A DNA stretch of 64,000 nt from the human T2T-CHM13v2.0 reference genome, Homo sapiens: the NCBI RefSeq assembly GCF_009914755.1, contig NC_060930.1; one strand, 5' to 3'. Below the pieces are notes generated by a model. It searched no databases. It was not told where the DNA came from and saw only the letters and a list, made by a program, of their open reading frames with translations. How positions within the stretch are numbered: the first letter of the stretch is position 1; the number at the start of each line of letters is the position of its first letter. The position numbers and the translations under genes are program-made. Below, piece by piece: positions 35,930 to 50,756 of this stretch.

Positions 35930-36150
35930 AATCAATATTAATTGAGATTCTTGGTTATTGGCAGTTCTGTTCCTGGCCCTTTGTACACATTTTTCTCACT
36001 TCATCCTAATAATGGCTATGTGAGAGGTGGCTTATGATCCTTGTTCACTGATTAGGAAGATACGTCTCAGAGATGTTAAGTGACTTGCCTGAGGTAACAC
36101 AACAGGCTCCGCATCCAGATTTTTCTGACTTCAGAGCTCATTCTCTTACT
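35930..36150 (-). mobile_element. MIR
   Basis: CTCAGAGATGTTAAGTGACTTGCCTGAGGTAACAC core. Confidence 0.7.
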
Positions 36151-36406
36151 AGAAAGAACAACAATGCCTCAAGGAGGCTGGTCCAGAGTCTGCACTCACT
36201 GTGTTAGGACCATACCTCTTGTTCTTTACAGTTCCATTCAGGGGTAGGACAAGATGACCTCCATGGTCCCTCAACCTGTCACATGCTGCCCTTGTTGTTT
36301 TGGGAAGCTCTGCTCAGGGGTTCAGGGAAGAAAAAGAAAGTGCATGGAGTGGTTAGTAATTCATACACAAATTTCCACTCAACTTTTGATTATGAAAAAA
36401 ATCAGG

Positions 36407-36726
<320 letters not shown>

Positions 36727-36729
36727 TGA

Positions 36730-37920
36730 AACACTTTCATTCAATGATTATTAACATTTTATCATATTTGATTATTCTGCATTTATCTATATGTACTTCT
36801 ATCTGGATTTTTGAAATTAAGTAGTAGGTACCTTGAAACTTTATCCCTAAATATTTTGTTCTGCCTCTCCTAAGAATATGGACATTTTCTTACATAATCA
36901 TAATATTATTATCACACCTAAGAGAATGAACAATCACTCCCTATTTATACTGAAGTTTAATATCCTGTTCAGGTTAGCATTTTCTTCTCTTCAAAAGGTC
37001 TTTATACTTTTGTTTTTTGAATCAAGACCCAATCAAGTTTTACCTGTTGTGTTTGGTTAAGCAAGTTAAACAAGATCGGTCCCTCAAACTTTGCTGTGTT
37101 TGTTTTGTTTCATGACATTGACTTTTAGAAGAGTCCAGACCAAAGTTTGGTAGATTAAGCCATATTCTGGATTTGTCTGATTGTTTGCTTGTGATGTTAG
37201 TTAACTCCCTGCTCTCTCCCAATTTTTCCTGTAAACTGGAAGTTCAATCTAGAGGCTGAATTGGAATTAGGTTAACTATTTTGGCAGGGATACTTCACAG
37301 GTGATTTGTACTTCAAATTGCAACAATCAGGAGGCACTTAATGCCAGATTGTCCCACAATGATGACATGAAATATGATCACTTGGCTACAGTGATGACAC
37401 ACAGGTCCTTCCATTGTAAAAGTATGGAATTTCTGTGAAGCAGCCAGCAATTGGTAAATAATCGGTTCCATAGTAACCTTATATTTGATGGTATCAACAT
37501 CCCTTGATATTTATGTAATTATGTAGATTATTTAATAAGTGCAACATGGTAATTTTCTAAATTATAATTTCTTCTTTATTTATTTGCAAGCATATCTATG
37601 TAAAGAAGAGCTTCTTACCTATTGGGGATGAATTATATTTCCTTTTAAAAAGCCAGGCTAAGTGCTTAATTCTTTCTCTTTGCTAATTTTCAGAATAAGG
37701 AGTTGCTGCAACAGTCACTTTCAAGGGTGGCAAATTAGTTCTTTTGTCTCTCTTTCAACAGTTCTATGGACTATGTGGATTTTTTACTTATTCAATTTTT
37801 ATAATCAGTTGCAGTCACTGATCTTGGTGTTCAAATTGACCCAAATTTGGCTTCCTCCTGTGTCCTTTTGAGATATCCCCATCATTCTTTGGGCATTTTT
37901 TGGCAAAAGAAAATGGCCAG
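36730..37920 (-). mobile_element. L1MC4/5-like 3' region
   Basis: CCCTAAATATTTTG...CTCCTAAGAATATGGACATTTTCTTACATAATCATAAT resembles recalled L1MC 3'UTR. Confidence 0.65.
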
Positions 37921-37924
37921 GTTG

Positions 37925-38412
37925 GGCCAGGCGCCGTGGCTCTTGCCTGTAATTCCTGCATTTTGGGAGGCCGAGGCCGGCGGATCATGAGGTCAGGAGT
38001 TTGAGACCAGCCTGGCCAACATGGTGAAACCCCATCTCTACTAAAACTACAAAAATTAGCCGGGCATGGTGGCATGCACCTGGAATCCCAGCTACTCAGG
38101 AGGCTGAGGCAGGAGAATCATTTGAACCCAGGAGGTGGAGGTTGCAGTGAGCCGAGATCAAGCCATTGCACTCCAGCCTGGCCAAGGCGGGTGGATCACT
38201 TGAAGTCAAGAGTTCGAGACCAGCCTGACCAACATGGAGAAACCCTGTCTCTACTACAAATACAAAAATTAGCCATGCGTGGTGGTATGTGCCTGTAGTA
38301 CCAGCTACTCGGGAGGCTGAGGCAGAAGAAATGCTTGGACCTGGAAGGCAGGTTGCAGTGATCCGAGAATGCCCCACTGGACTCCAGCCTGGGTGACAGA
38401 GTGAGACTCTGT

Positions 38413-38445
<33 letters not shown>
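37925..38445 (+). mobile_element. Two fused Alus (four arms)
   Basis: First Alu stops at CTCCAGCCTG (38180); second starts internally at GCCAAGGCGGGTGGATCAC (38181); one poly(A). Confidence 0.93.
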
Positions 38446-38447
<2 letters not shown>

Positions 38448-40445
38448 TAAACAGTAAGTGTACTGTGTTGCAAAGTTACTCGAAAGTCACCCGTGTGTAA
38501 TGCAGTTAAGATAATTTGCTTCAGTTTGATTTCAAATTCAGTTTGCTTTAATTTTTCCCTGTAATAAATTTTAATTTTTAACAGGTAAAACATGTTTGAG
38601 CCATTATTTGAATTTGAGCCATATAGCTCAAATTCAAAACTATATAAAAAACATGATTAGGAAAATCTACTATATTCATTCATATCTCCTCCACCCTGCC
38701 TCTATTCCTCTCCACCTCCTGACCCCTCTGGGTAACCAATTATTTTGTCTCTTTTTGTTTGATGTTTTGTTACACATCTGTATGTATAATTTCCTTCCCT
38801 TCTTACACAAAAGACAGCAAACTGTCTTCCCTGCTCTGTGCTTTGTTTTTTTTTCCTCACTAACAATATTAGCAATTTATCCTGGAAAATCCATGTAGTA
38901 CATACATACCTTCCTCATTCTTTATTGTTACTGTATACTTCAGTCAGCAGTCCTATGCTGTTGTTGTTGCTATTTAGTCTCAAAACAAGTGGTTTAGTTT
39001 ATATTTTCTTACTTGCCCTTGTTGCCTTTGTTTATACCCTCCTGGTCCTCATTGGTATTTGAGGTTTCTGCTAAGGCTTTCCAGATGGGCAGAGGCAGAG
39101 AATGCCAGGTACAGCTGACTCCTAGAGAATTCATCACATCAACTCCACTTGCCTTTGCAGGAGATGAAGATAAGCAGGACCCCCATTGCTGCTGTTTCCC
39201 CCATTTCCAGCCCCATCACCCTGAGCTTTTTCAAGTTTAGGTGGGAAGATGGAGAGGGATGAATGAGGGGAGGTGTGTGGCTTTAATACACCTTGGTTTT
39301 AGCTTCTGCATCTATTCCTTTTCTCTTCTATAGCAGACATAAGTGGGAATCACTTCCCTCTTGTGCTAATTTAAAGGCAATTTTAAAAAAGAAAAGAAAC
39401 CTGAGATTTTACTAACATTTAGAAGTCACACCATTTGGTTTTAATGGGAAGCAAAGAAAAATATTGCACAATGAAGCTAGAGCTTCCCTTTTCAAAAACA
39501 AATGTTTCTGATCTCTCAGAATAGCTTTAAATGTGTGTATGTGAATTCTCTTTATATTGATTTTTTTTCCTTGCTCATCTCCAAAGGTCATAGCACACAT
39601 ATTCTCCAGTTGTTGTTGTTTTTTTTCTTTCCTGCTGTGTTCCATTTACCGTTCTCATAGAAGCCTGGTTCTCCCTTTTTTTTCCCCTGGAATAATAAAC
39701 TAATGTTCTTTCTTGCTGGATAATTATTTTGCAAATCTCTTTTACAAAGCTCATTTTTTAGGTTGTTTGTCCTATTTCTGTCCTACTCTTTTAAAAAATG
39801 GTGGATAAATTAATTTGGTTAAATTTAAAGATTTTTTTTTTTGCCTGATTTCCTTCCGACCTTTATGAGAGTGAAATGGCAAAAAGAAAATAGTGCAATG
39901 AGGTGCGTTTATCAGACAATTGATGCATGTTAGGCGCATGATTATTGCCTGGCTTGTGAATTACTTATGCTTTAGCACATGCAGGATAAATTAACCATGC
40001 TCTCAATATATCACCCATTGGTCCTCGGAGGATAACTGTTTCATGGGACTTTGGAGAGTCCTGTGTGAGGGTTGGCATCCTTTTTAACCTTTAAGTCAAG
40101 CAGAAGGTGAAGTAATGATAATTTCCCAGCCTGAAAAAAAGGGGAAGGGGTCCTCAGAGAGAAAAAGAACATGTATGGGGAAAGGAGATAAAAGAGTAGA
40201 TGTGAGAGAAAAGTGGGGAAGAGGGAGAGAAGAGAAGAGGAGAAAGGGAGAGGATTGGGGGATAGCACAGAGAAGAATAAAAAGGATCTAAACTATGTTA
40301 GAGACACAAGTCTGATGGAAAGAATTATCTGCTGAGAGTTGGAAGCCATGTTTTCCAATTCTGTTTCTGCACATCTTGCTATCCAGGGAATCTAAGGAAT
40401 TTGGTGTAAATCAAGCACTTTGGGAAATATAGTGGCTTTTAAAAG

Positions 40446-40618
<173 letters not shown>

Positions 40619-40746
40619 TGACCTTGTACCTGGCACTTATTCAAACACTTGGCATAGGTTATGTCATTTAATTCTCATCCCAAGCCTAGGAGTTAGGTTT
40701 TATCACTATCTCAATTTTGCTGATATGGAAATCAAGGCACAGATGC

Positions 40747-41107
40747 TGCTATGGTCTGAATGTTTGTGTCCTTCTCAACCCAAAATTATATATTGACACC
40801 CAATCACTAATGTGATAGTGTTAAGAGGTGGGGGCTTCTAGATTATTAGGTCATGAAGGTATAGCTCTCATGAATGAGATTAGTGCCCATATAAAAGAGA
40901 CCTGGAGAGCTATCTAGCCCCTTCTACCCTGTGAGGACACAGCAAGAAGGTGCCATCTATGAACCAGGAAAGAAGCCCTCACTAGACACTGAATCTGCCT
41001 TGATCTTGGACTTCCCAGCTTTCAGTACTGTTAGAAATAAACTCATGTTGTTTATAAGTTACCCAGCTTATGGTATTTCGTTATACCAGCCCAAGCTGAC
41101 CAAAACA
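40747..41107 (+). mobile_element. MLT1A-like MaLR LTR inserted in a MIR
   Basis: TGCTATGGTCTGAATGTTTGTGTCC...GCTGACCAAAACA; TSD GATGC / GATGT; MIR core AAGGCACA...GTTAAGTAATTCACCCAAG is split around it. Confidence 0.88.
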
Positions 41108-41147
41108 GATGTTAAGTAATTCACCCAAGATTGCACCAAGCAAATGA

Positions 41148-41705
41148 TTGTGGCAGTCACTATTTGTTGCCACTCATCCCCCTTTGTCTTTCTTGCTAGC
41201 AGAACCCCAGTAGTTTCAGTCCCAGGGGATGAATGATAACAGACCTTAACCCGTCGTGGCTCTCCCATTCTCCTTCTTGATATACACTTTCTAAGCCTCC
41301 TTTGCAGATGGCCATGTGACCCAGATCTGACCAGTGAGATATAAGAAGTCTGCTGGAGTACTTCTGGGGAAGCTCTTCCTCCCTGATAAGAGGAAATCAT
41401 ATTTTTTGCTTGTCCTCTTCTTTCTTCCTATTTGGGATGATGGTATAAAGATGCCATATTTGAGGCTGTGGCAATCACCTTGCAACCATGAGGTGGTAAC
41501 AAGCCCAAGGAAGAGCATCATGCAGAAGATGGCAGAATGGAAAGTGGAGTGTTGGAGGCTTTGAGGACATTGTTAGACTGATGTAATAAACCTGGTTTAA
41601 CCTCCCTGTACACATCTTGTTATGTGAAAGAATCAAATGTCACTATTGCTGTTGGAAATTTCTCAGATTTGACCAAACCTGCAGCTGCATGTATATCAAT
41701 TAATA
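41148..41705 (+). mobile_element. MLT1J/K-like MaLR LTR
   Basis: TGTGGCAG start; GGCCATGTGACCCAG...CTTGCAACCATGAGG...GATGGCAGAATGGAAAG. Confidence 0.65.
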
Positions 41706-42325
41706 TGGGACCAGAAGCAGATTTGGGAAGCAGAAAGCCTGTCTTCATTTTAGGTTGATAGGCTGCTATTTAGTGCTGCAGAATTCATTTCCTCCAGCAC
41801 CTCCCCTCCACAACCTTGACTACAAAGACAATTGTTACTCTTAACTGAGGAACAGTGGCAAAATGCAGCAAATTGTAAGAAAATAGGCACTGATGAGATT
41901 TCAATTTCCTAAACTATTACTTATTCTACTTTACTATCTAAAACCAGAACAGTAATGATACGTGTTGCAAGTAAACTTTAGATCACACCTCAAAGATTCC
42001 TTTCAAAGGCCCAAGATTCTGTGTCTCTGCATGGTTCTCACACAACCACTCACTCATGACCTTTGTGCTTCTACCCAGGATTCCAGTTTGTGCTAGCTAA
42101 AAGTGTTTCACCCCATCCCCCAACACACACCTCTCTGTTTTATTAATCTTCATATTTCCAGCATGTAGTACAGTGTCTAGTATATATTAGCAACTTGATA
42201 AATGAAATTAAAATTGTCTGATATCCTCTGTATTGAATAGCTACTTAAGTCATTGGGTTTTTAGGAATTACCAGGACATATTAACATTTTTCTGGTTTTG
42301 AGAGATGATTTTTAAAAATTAATTA

Positions 42326-42834
<509 letters not shown>

Positions 42835-44404
42835 TGTCTGATTTACAATCGGGGGCAATTAACATGGGAAAGACTAAATGCTGTCAGTGAGTGCTTTGTT
42901 TCGTCATAAACTTCATGATACCTGGGTTGGATAAGGGCTTCTGAGTAGGGTATGTTGAATTTACAGGACAGTGTTCCCTGACATCAGTTTAAATCTATTT
43001 CCATTTAATGCAAAAATGCTTTCCCCTTGAAAGCTGCTATTTAAACCCAAAGACTGTCATTGCAGTACAGACTAGAGTGATATCTGCAATTTGAGTTGCC
43101 TCTGAATGTATTAGATGGAGATGGACACAAAGAACTGAGGAAAAGAAGTGGTAAGCTAATGTTAAGGTGTCTGGTTTTTCTCATCTCTGATTTTACTTTC
43201 AGGAAAAATTTGAGAAATTTAAAGGTGAAGACTTAATTGTTCTTTTTAAACTCTTTATGGCTTAAGGTGTTAAAAAGCACTAAAAGCAAATGTTCATAAT
43301 TTCCATTCAGTAGGCCCCTCAAAAATCACAGGAAAAAGAATAATAAAAATAATTGCTACATAAATAATAACACTTTATGTTTTGTTTAAGCTGACTTTTC
43401 CATTTTCTCTAATTGTATCTATATGTAAACATTTTCTTATACTTCCTCTATTGCAATTATTTTAAATGGCCTTTATGCCTAGCATAATGAGAAATTATAA
43501 CAAATTCTAAAAACTCATTAGCAGTGTATTTATGAGGAATCAAAATAGTTTCTGAATTCAACAATAACCTAAATGCAAACTTTATGTTTATTATAACATG
43601 GTAATCATTTACAAAGTGGTGGACTAATAAAACCAATATGTAGAGTATTGGAAATCCCTGTAACTTGTGTTGCCTAGAACTATTTCAGCAATAATCAACA
43701 TTGAATCTTTATTTTATTATAGTGTTGTCATCTCCTGACCTGGAATGCAATCTTGGAAAAATGTATATATATTGAATACTATATATAGTATATCATATAT
43801 ATATCATCTATATATTATCATAATACATATGTATCATTAATCAAAAACATAAAACTATCTATAATTAATATTTTTGATTAATATATAGATAATATATAAC
43901 CAAAAAAGATGACTAGGAGAGTCCTACAAGATTAAAAATCAAAATAAAAATAAAGAACAAAAACAATATCTGATATTTTCCTTTAAGCACTAAGCATACT
44001 TGTAACAATATGTTCAGTATCATCTTCCCCAATTAGGCCATAATTTCCATGAAGGTAGGGATTGTGTTTGATTTACTGCTGAATCCCCAGCATCTAGTAT
44101 AGCATCTGGCAGAAACTGAGTGAACATAGCTGCAAGAAATGAACTGCACACAAGGGCTTCAGTTTATCCAGTGGTTACCCTACCAGCATATCTCAAAGCT
44201 TCCTTGTTATAGTTGCAGGATGGCAGCTGTGCCAGTCACCTCTCTTCCATCTCTTCTCTTTTTCAGTTTGCTGACTTTTACAGTAAGAATAAGGTGCTGG
44301 GGGAATGAAAGTGTTTTCTGTTTTTTGGGTTTTTTTTTTCCTGTCAGATAAAATAAAGAACCCTATTGGTTGAGGGGGAATGTGAACTGATTCAAGAATA
44401 TGTC

Positions 44405-44700
44405 CTGGGTGGGCTCCATGGCTCACGCCTGTAATCCGAGCACTTTGGGAAGCCAAGACAGGAGGACTGCTTAAGCCCAGGGTTCCAGATGAGCCCAGGC
44501 AACATAGACTCCGTGTCTACAAAAAAATTAAATAAATAAATTAGCCAGGTGTGGTGGCGCATGCTTGTAGTTCCAGCTACTCAGGGAGCTGAGGTGGGAG
44601 GATCACTTGAGCCCTGAAGGTCAAGGCTGTAGTGAGCCGTGATCGCACCACTGCACTCCAAGCTGAGAAACAGAACAAGACCGTGTCTCTATTAAAAAAA
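44405..44700 (+). mobile_element. AluJ
   Basis: GAGGATCACTTGAGCCC...GGTCAAGGCTGTAGTGAGCCGTGATC. Confidence 0.9.
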
Positions 44701-44754
44701 ATATATATATACACACACACATACATATATATACACACACATATATATATACAC

Positions 44755-44785
<31 letters not shown>

Positions 44786-44787
44786 TA
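44701..44787. repeat. Compound (AT)n/(AC)n microsatellite at Alu tail
   Basis: About 43 uninterrupted AY dinucleotides. Confidence 0.95.
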
Positions 44788-45654
44788 ATTACTTCCATTC
44801 CTTAATCATGAATGTTGAAAGTTCCATTTAATTGAGGGATTGGTTAGTATGGTTTCTGTTAATTAAGATTTTATTTGATCAAGAATAGACAGAATTGGCC
44901 TGATGAAACAACATAAAGCAGTAGATAAATTCTCTTTTTATGAAATTTAAGCTGCATTATTTGACTTTATTGCTGCTTCATTTCACAAATATTCTTTTTA
45001 TCTTAATTATGGTCTCTAAACTTCAATAACATCAAAAAGACTTTGTTAAGTACTTTAATTGAACATGGCACTGTATAAAGAGGCTTATACAAAACCAGAT
45101 ACCTGTTATTTAGAAAGTTAAAATCACACACATGAAACAAATATTTATAGGGTTTATATGCTTTGTGTGAATGCAGGCCCTTCCTTGATTTATTTTGCAC
45201 GATTAATAATACCTAACACTTACTGAGTCCTAACTATGTGCCAGGCATGGTGTCAAAAAGCACTGTACATACATCATCTCTATTAAGCCTTGCAACAGCC
45301 AGGAAGATAAGGAAGATGAGGTATTGGCAAGTTAAACCAGCTGCCTAAGGTCATATAGCTGTGACATTAATGCAGGTATGGCTTCCCATTCCTTAACCCC
45401 TCTGGCCTACCCCTTCCCTTAACCTCCTCTCCCACAAATCTATCACCCACTAACAGCCAAAGGTGCTGACTCAGCTTTTGAAGGAGCAACCACTTAGAAT
45501 AGGAAAGGGATTGTGACAAGCATGGTGTGGGCACTGTGAAGTCCCTTGACAAGTTAAATCCTTGGGGAGTCAGGTAATATTAGTTAAGAACAGGGCAGCC
45601 CTAACAGAACAAAATTATCAGTCAGATTCAATTCCATTCTAAAATTAAAATCTG

Positions 45655-45790
45655 GGCCAGGTGTGCTGGCTAACACCTGTAATCCTAGCACTTTGGGAGG
45701 CTGAGGCAGGAGGATTGCTTGAGGCCAGGAGTTCAAGAGCAGCCTGGGCAACATAGCAACACTCTGTCTCTAAATAAGTAAATAAATAAA
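45655..45790 (+). mobile_element. FLAM / Alu left monomer
   Basis: Monomer with (TAAA)n tail; flanks AAAATTAAAATC / AAAATAAAATC. Confidence 0.85.
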
Positions 45791-47354
45791 AATAAAATCA
45801 GGATGGGTGAGACTTCAAACTGCTTAAAAGAACTCTTTATTTAATCTGTAGATAAACCTTAATGAAGGATATTTACGTTCCCTGATTCCCTTTATAACTT
45901 CTGCCCTTGCTCTCTCCCTCTACCATCAAATTTCCAAAGAGGAGAGATGAAGGATGTATCATTGCCTCTATTACCTCATCGGGTTCCAGTCTTCAAGACA
46001 CTGCAATCTAGCTTCTGTCTCTACCCCTCTACTGGAAGCACTCTCACAGAGGTCAGTAATGATAATAAACTACTATCATAATAACAGCTAGTGCTTCTTG
46101 TGGATTTATTGGGTGCCAAACCCTGGGCTCAGTGCTTTACAATGGAGAGAGAAACCTGGATGCCCATAGGGCTGTGCCTGTAGATGGTGAGTTTAGTAAG
46201 CAAACCTGAGTTTACTGGGCTCGGTTTTTAAAAATCAAGCCAACATGCAAAAACCAGAATACTTCAGCTACAGTCCTCATGGTGCCCACCCTATGCACAA
46301 AGTGAATATATATGCACTTGGATCTTCCTCACCTCTCTAATCAATATCACCTGCCTGATCCCTAAAGAAGCATGAGTTACTACCCATGCTTTACATAGGT
46401 ATTCTGGTCAGGATTTAATAGTTGAAAGAAAATAGACGCACTTAAACTAGCTCAAGATAAAGGAGGGGGATTATGAAACAGCAACTCAAGGGCAGGAACC
46501 ACGGCAGACTTGGATTCATGAAAACTGAGACTGGAAGCAAGACAGCTGTCAGCCTCCTTGTTAGTGTCTCAGCTTCTCACTACATAGTGACTCTATTTCC
46601 CCGGGCCACAGACTAGCTTCCTCTTTTTACTCATTTCAGTCCCTTCATTGCCTCAACTTGCTCAAAGCTTCTCATCCCAATCCTATCCCAGCCTCATACC
46701 ATCCCCCTTTATTCTATTGCTAACTGCCTTAGTCTTTAAATTTTCTAACTATAAATTCCTAAAAGAGGAATTTGAAGGACCTGCATGTATTTTCCGACCT
46801 GGTCACATATGTTGTAAATTTCAAGCTGCAATAGGTCATGCCGGGGGAAGAACACAAATGTGGTCCAAATATTCCAAATATCTGTGACCAGGTAGCCTGA
46901 GAGTTTCCTTTAGAAGGGCTGTGGGTTGACAGGCACCGTATGGCATAACTTAAATAATATCCTAAAGGTAGTCAATTATCATTAGAATATTGATTGATAG
47001 CCATTGTTGATACCCATTTTATAGACAAGAAACTTGAGGCTTATGGAGGTGATGAAATTTGCCAAAGGAAAGTCTCATTTTCAATATAATCTTTCTTGAC
47101 TTTCAGGCTAACATTCTTAGATAGTCTCTACATTTTGAAACTTAAAATTCTTCTCTTGGTTTCTGTGACAGCATACTCTTTCAGTTTTGTACTATTCTGG
47201 TTGCTCTTCTACTATTTTTAATTCCTCATTCTTTTTCCAATTCTTAAGTGTAGGAGATCTCCAAGGGACTCTTCATGGCTCCTTCTTGTCTCTTTCCATG
47301 TTTTCTTCTTAGGCAAAATAATAGGCTTCTGTAGATTTAGATATATTCAGACAT

Positions 47355-47895
47355 CATTATTTCTTAACCTGGGGTTCTTGGATCTCCCCTCACCCCCAGC
47401 CTAAAGGGACTTGATAGAATTTAGGGGGTTCATGGACTTGAATGAGAAAAAAAATCACATCTTTATCTTTTCACTAAACTCTAACTGAAATTTACCAATT
47501 CCTTCAATTATGAAAGTAGTTAAGCCATTGTAATAGCAACAACACTGTGACTTTGTTACCAATAGAAATCACAGGCATTTTCATATTTTCCAATGATTGC
47601 AAATATCTCAAAATTTTATCTTTTCCCATTACTACTTCAAAATCATGACGGCCGTTTGATCCACCAATCTTAATATTTAATACATTAATAAAGAATCATA
47701 CATATTATCATATCAAAATTTTAACATTTTGGTAATTGTTTTGCAGTATAGTTTCCTTTGTAACCTTATACTTTCAAATTTTCTATATTTAGAAACTTTT
47801 TTTTTTTGAGAAACCACCGATAGATTTCATCAGACTACTAAAGGGTCCTTGGCACTCCTCTTACTCCCACAAAAAAAAAAGGTCAAGAACCCCTA
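47355..47895. mobile_element. hAT-Charlie element (Charlie4a-like)
   Basis: Inverted ends TTCTTAACCTGGGG / AAAGGTCAAGAACCCCT; internal CTCTAACTGAAATTT...CCAATAGAAATCACAG. Confidence 0.65.
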
Positions 47896-48487
47896 CTTTA
47901 AAACATTCTAGCCATATGGTCTACCAGGACTTGTAAAGGGGATAAAGTCCTAGGCAACATGGGAGCCACTTTCTTCAAGCCTAATGACCTGCTCAATTTT
48001 CTTAGTCTCATCTTTCAGTTTTGGCTACCCGCTCTATCTGTAGACCTTATTTGTCAGATTGGCATCTAATACTCTCTGTGGTCTGATAAGCTGGTGTTGA
48101 TCTTGGACCTCTATCTTATATCCTAGATTGCATTCTGCTCTCAGGTACTCTTCCACTTTGTTTACCAACTCTGGGTCTCAACTCCATACCGGCCTTGCTG
48201 TTTTACTGGATTGCTAACATATTTTCTCCTGCATACAAGGTCAAAAGGTGAACCTTTTCATTCAGGGTGGAAAAAATAGAGGATTCTTCTTGAAGTATAA
48301 TTCTGATTATATCCTTCTGTTCCTCAGAATGCATTTGGACACAGAGCGCTTATGAATTTCTCAGGGCACTTTTGGTTCCATGAAACAAAACCTATTTCAG
48401 GTGGCTTAAGCAAGATGAGGAACTTACAGATATAGGGATATTACACAGCCCTCAAGAGCAGGGATATAGGAACAGGTTGAACAGGAT

Positions 48488-48667
48488 CAGAGATTGGCAA
48501 ACTTTTTCTGTAAAGGCCAGATGTAAATGTATTAGGCTTTGTGGGCCATACGACCTCTGTCAGTCTACCATAGACAATACCAAGAGGAATGTGTTCCAAT
48601 AAAACTTTATTTACAAAGCAGGTAGCCACGTGCATTTGACATACAGGTCATAGTTTGAGGACCCTTA
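48488..48667 (+). mobile_element. MER58A
   Basis: GGCAAACTTTTTCTGTAAAGGCCAG...GTTCCAATAAAACTTTATTTACAAA. Confidence 0.82.
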
Positions 48668-50732
48668 GATTACAGTATTGTCAGGACTCTTTCTAAAACT
48701 TAGAGCTATTATCTCCAACTCTTTTTTACAAATTCTCTGTTGTTCTCTTTCTACTGACTAGCTTCTTCAGCTTCTCTGATTCTCATGTTGGAAGCTCTGA
48801 GCTTCCATGTCACAAATTCAAGCTCTCTTGTTTTCCCAGTTCCAATTCTGAATCTTTAGGGTAGAAATGTTGCTTGGCCTTGCTTGGCTCAGGTGCTCAC
48901 TCCTAGATCAATAAGCTGTGGTCAGAGGGTTAGGCCCTGCTGTATGTACAGGGCTTGGGGGACCCTTCAACCTCTAGGATCAGAGGAAAGGAGCAGAAAT
49001 CCCAAGGAGCTGAGCAGATAACCCAGTGAGAAAGTCCTTTGTTGGCATTCATTCAAACCTACTTTTTCAGCATTGTCCTCTACTAGTTCCCTCATATTCC
49101 TTTCTGAAGCAAAACCAACTCCTTGCTGTTCTCCTCACACACCCTGAATAGTCTCACCCTGCATCCTCCCTATCTGCAGACAGAAATTCTACTCATCTTT
49201 AAAGTACCTTCTATGGCCACCTTTTTCCTTTACATCCACACAACACTGTATTAGTACAGTGTGTCTTGTTCTGTCACTATTTCTGTATCTGTCTTTTTCT
49301 TTCCTAGACAATAGGTGCTCTGCTGACAGAGAAATGACTCGTTCAACTTTTTATCCATTCTTGTACCTTTCACAGAGTAGGCTCTGAGTTCCAATTATTT
49401 GAGTTTAACTATATCTTCATAGCTGAATAATTCCAAACTGAAGAAAATGCTGACTTTTATAAAGATTTGCATTTATATAGGAAATACGGTATCTACTTTT
49501 AAGAAAATTATTTTCTATTTTATAAACGTGCATTTCCACATTTATGGTAGCAAAATTAAAGTACATTTGCCGAGAGATACTAAAGACAGCAAAACTTCTA
49601 TTTAAAATTTTAAACACGAAGAAGAAATAAAGTCCCATTAGGAGTGTCTCTTCTATTATTGAAGGAAATTTAAAAAGATTCCTACTACAGAAATGGCTTT
49701 AAGAAAAGCAATAGGAAAGGTTATAAATTTGAAATATTCATAACTGTTCTAAAAAATACTTCATAATGATTGCTCTTTGTGCAAGAAATGTATCAAAGAG
49801 CCAGAGACCTCATCATCTAATTTCTTACTTTTTCTTAATTAACATTGTTCCCAGACCTCTGCTAAACTCCCGTGTTGAAAGGAAAAAAGTAAATACAGTA
49901 CAGCAGGGAAAACTGGTTCCTTTCGACAAAACTGAGAGAGAGGCTTGAGCTTTTGTCAAACAGAAAGCACTTGATAAAAAACTATTCCTAAACTATTAGC
50001 AACTATATAGAAGCTTTTTATTTAACAGCATCCTTCTGGGAAACTGCGCTGGAATGTGCAGCGGTTCTGAAAAAGGCACAGATTTGGCTGAACTGTAAAT
50101 ATTAGGTGCACAGAGGCGAAGCCATTGTGTAGGGAGGGGTGGGGCAGGTAGGGTCCTGATTTCCAATGTTGATAGAAGGATTCCAATTTCGTTTGGTATT
50201 TATTTTTTTCTACTACAATTACAGTTTTGCTGAGAAAAATAAAATATTGGTTGTGCTTCCATCTGGGTTTCTAATTTTCAGTGTGTACAGACAAGAGAAG
50301 ACCTCTCATTTACCCAAAAGAATCACCTTTCTGCAATCTCCAGTGCTACTGGACAAACAAACGAGCCCAACCCCACCGCCCACACCTCCCAAGCACCCGG
50401 CTCGCCGATCCCGCCTGCTTCAGGTAGCTGGGGTTTGCCCGGTACGCCAGCGGCCCTGAGACGATGTGTGCCCGCAGCACGATCGTGTCTGTTGGCATTT
50501 CTGGGTGTGGATGCTCCAAACCAATAAACCACAATACAGAACCCAAGCTTGGACTTTGAACCGAGCCCTTTTGCCTAGTTTGCTTTTTCCTCATCAAGCC
50601 AGGATCCTTGCCAACCCACCTCACAGCTTCTGCCCGGGCTGTGGCTCCCCTCCAGCCACCTGCGCGTGTTCGGGATAGAAGCGCGGTCAGGAGGGGAGCT
50701 CAGTCCACCAGCCACTCCAGGGAGAGACGGAA

Positions 50733-50756
50733 ACTACAAATCCCATCAAGCCCCGC
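50733..50756 (+). promoter_or_regulatory. ACTACAnnTCCCA (ZNF143/THAP11-type) composite promoter motif
   Basis: ACTACAAATCCCATCAAGCCCCGC, with an overlapping ETS-like CGGAA at 50728-50732. Confidence 0.7.
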
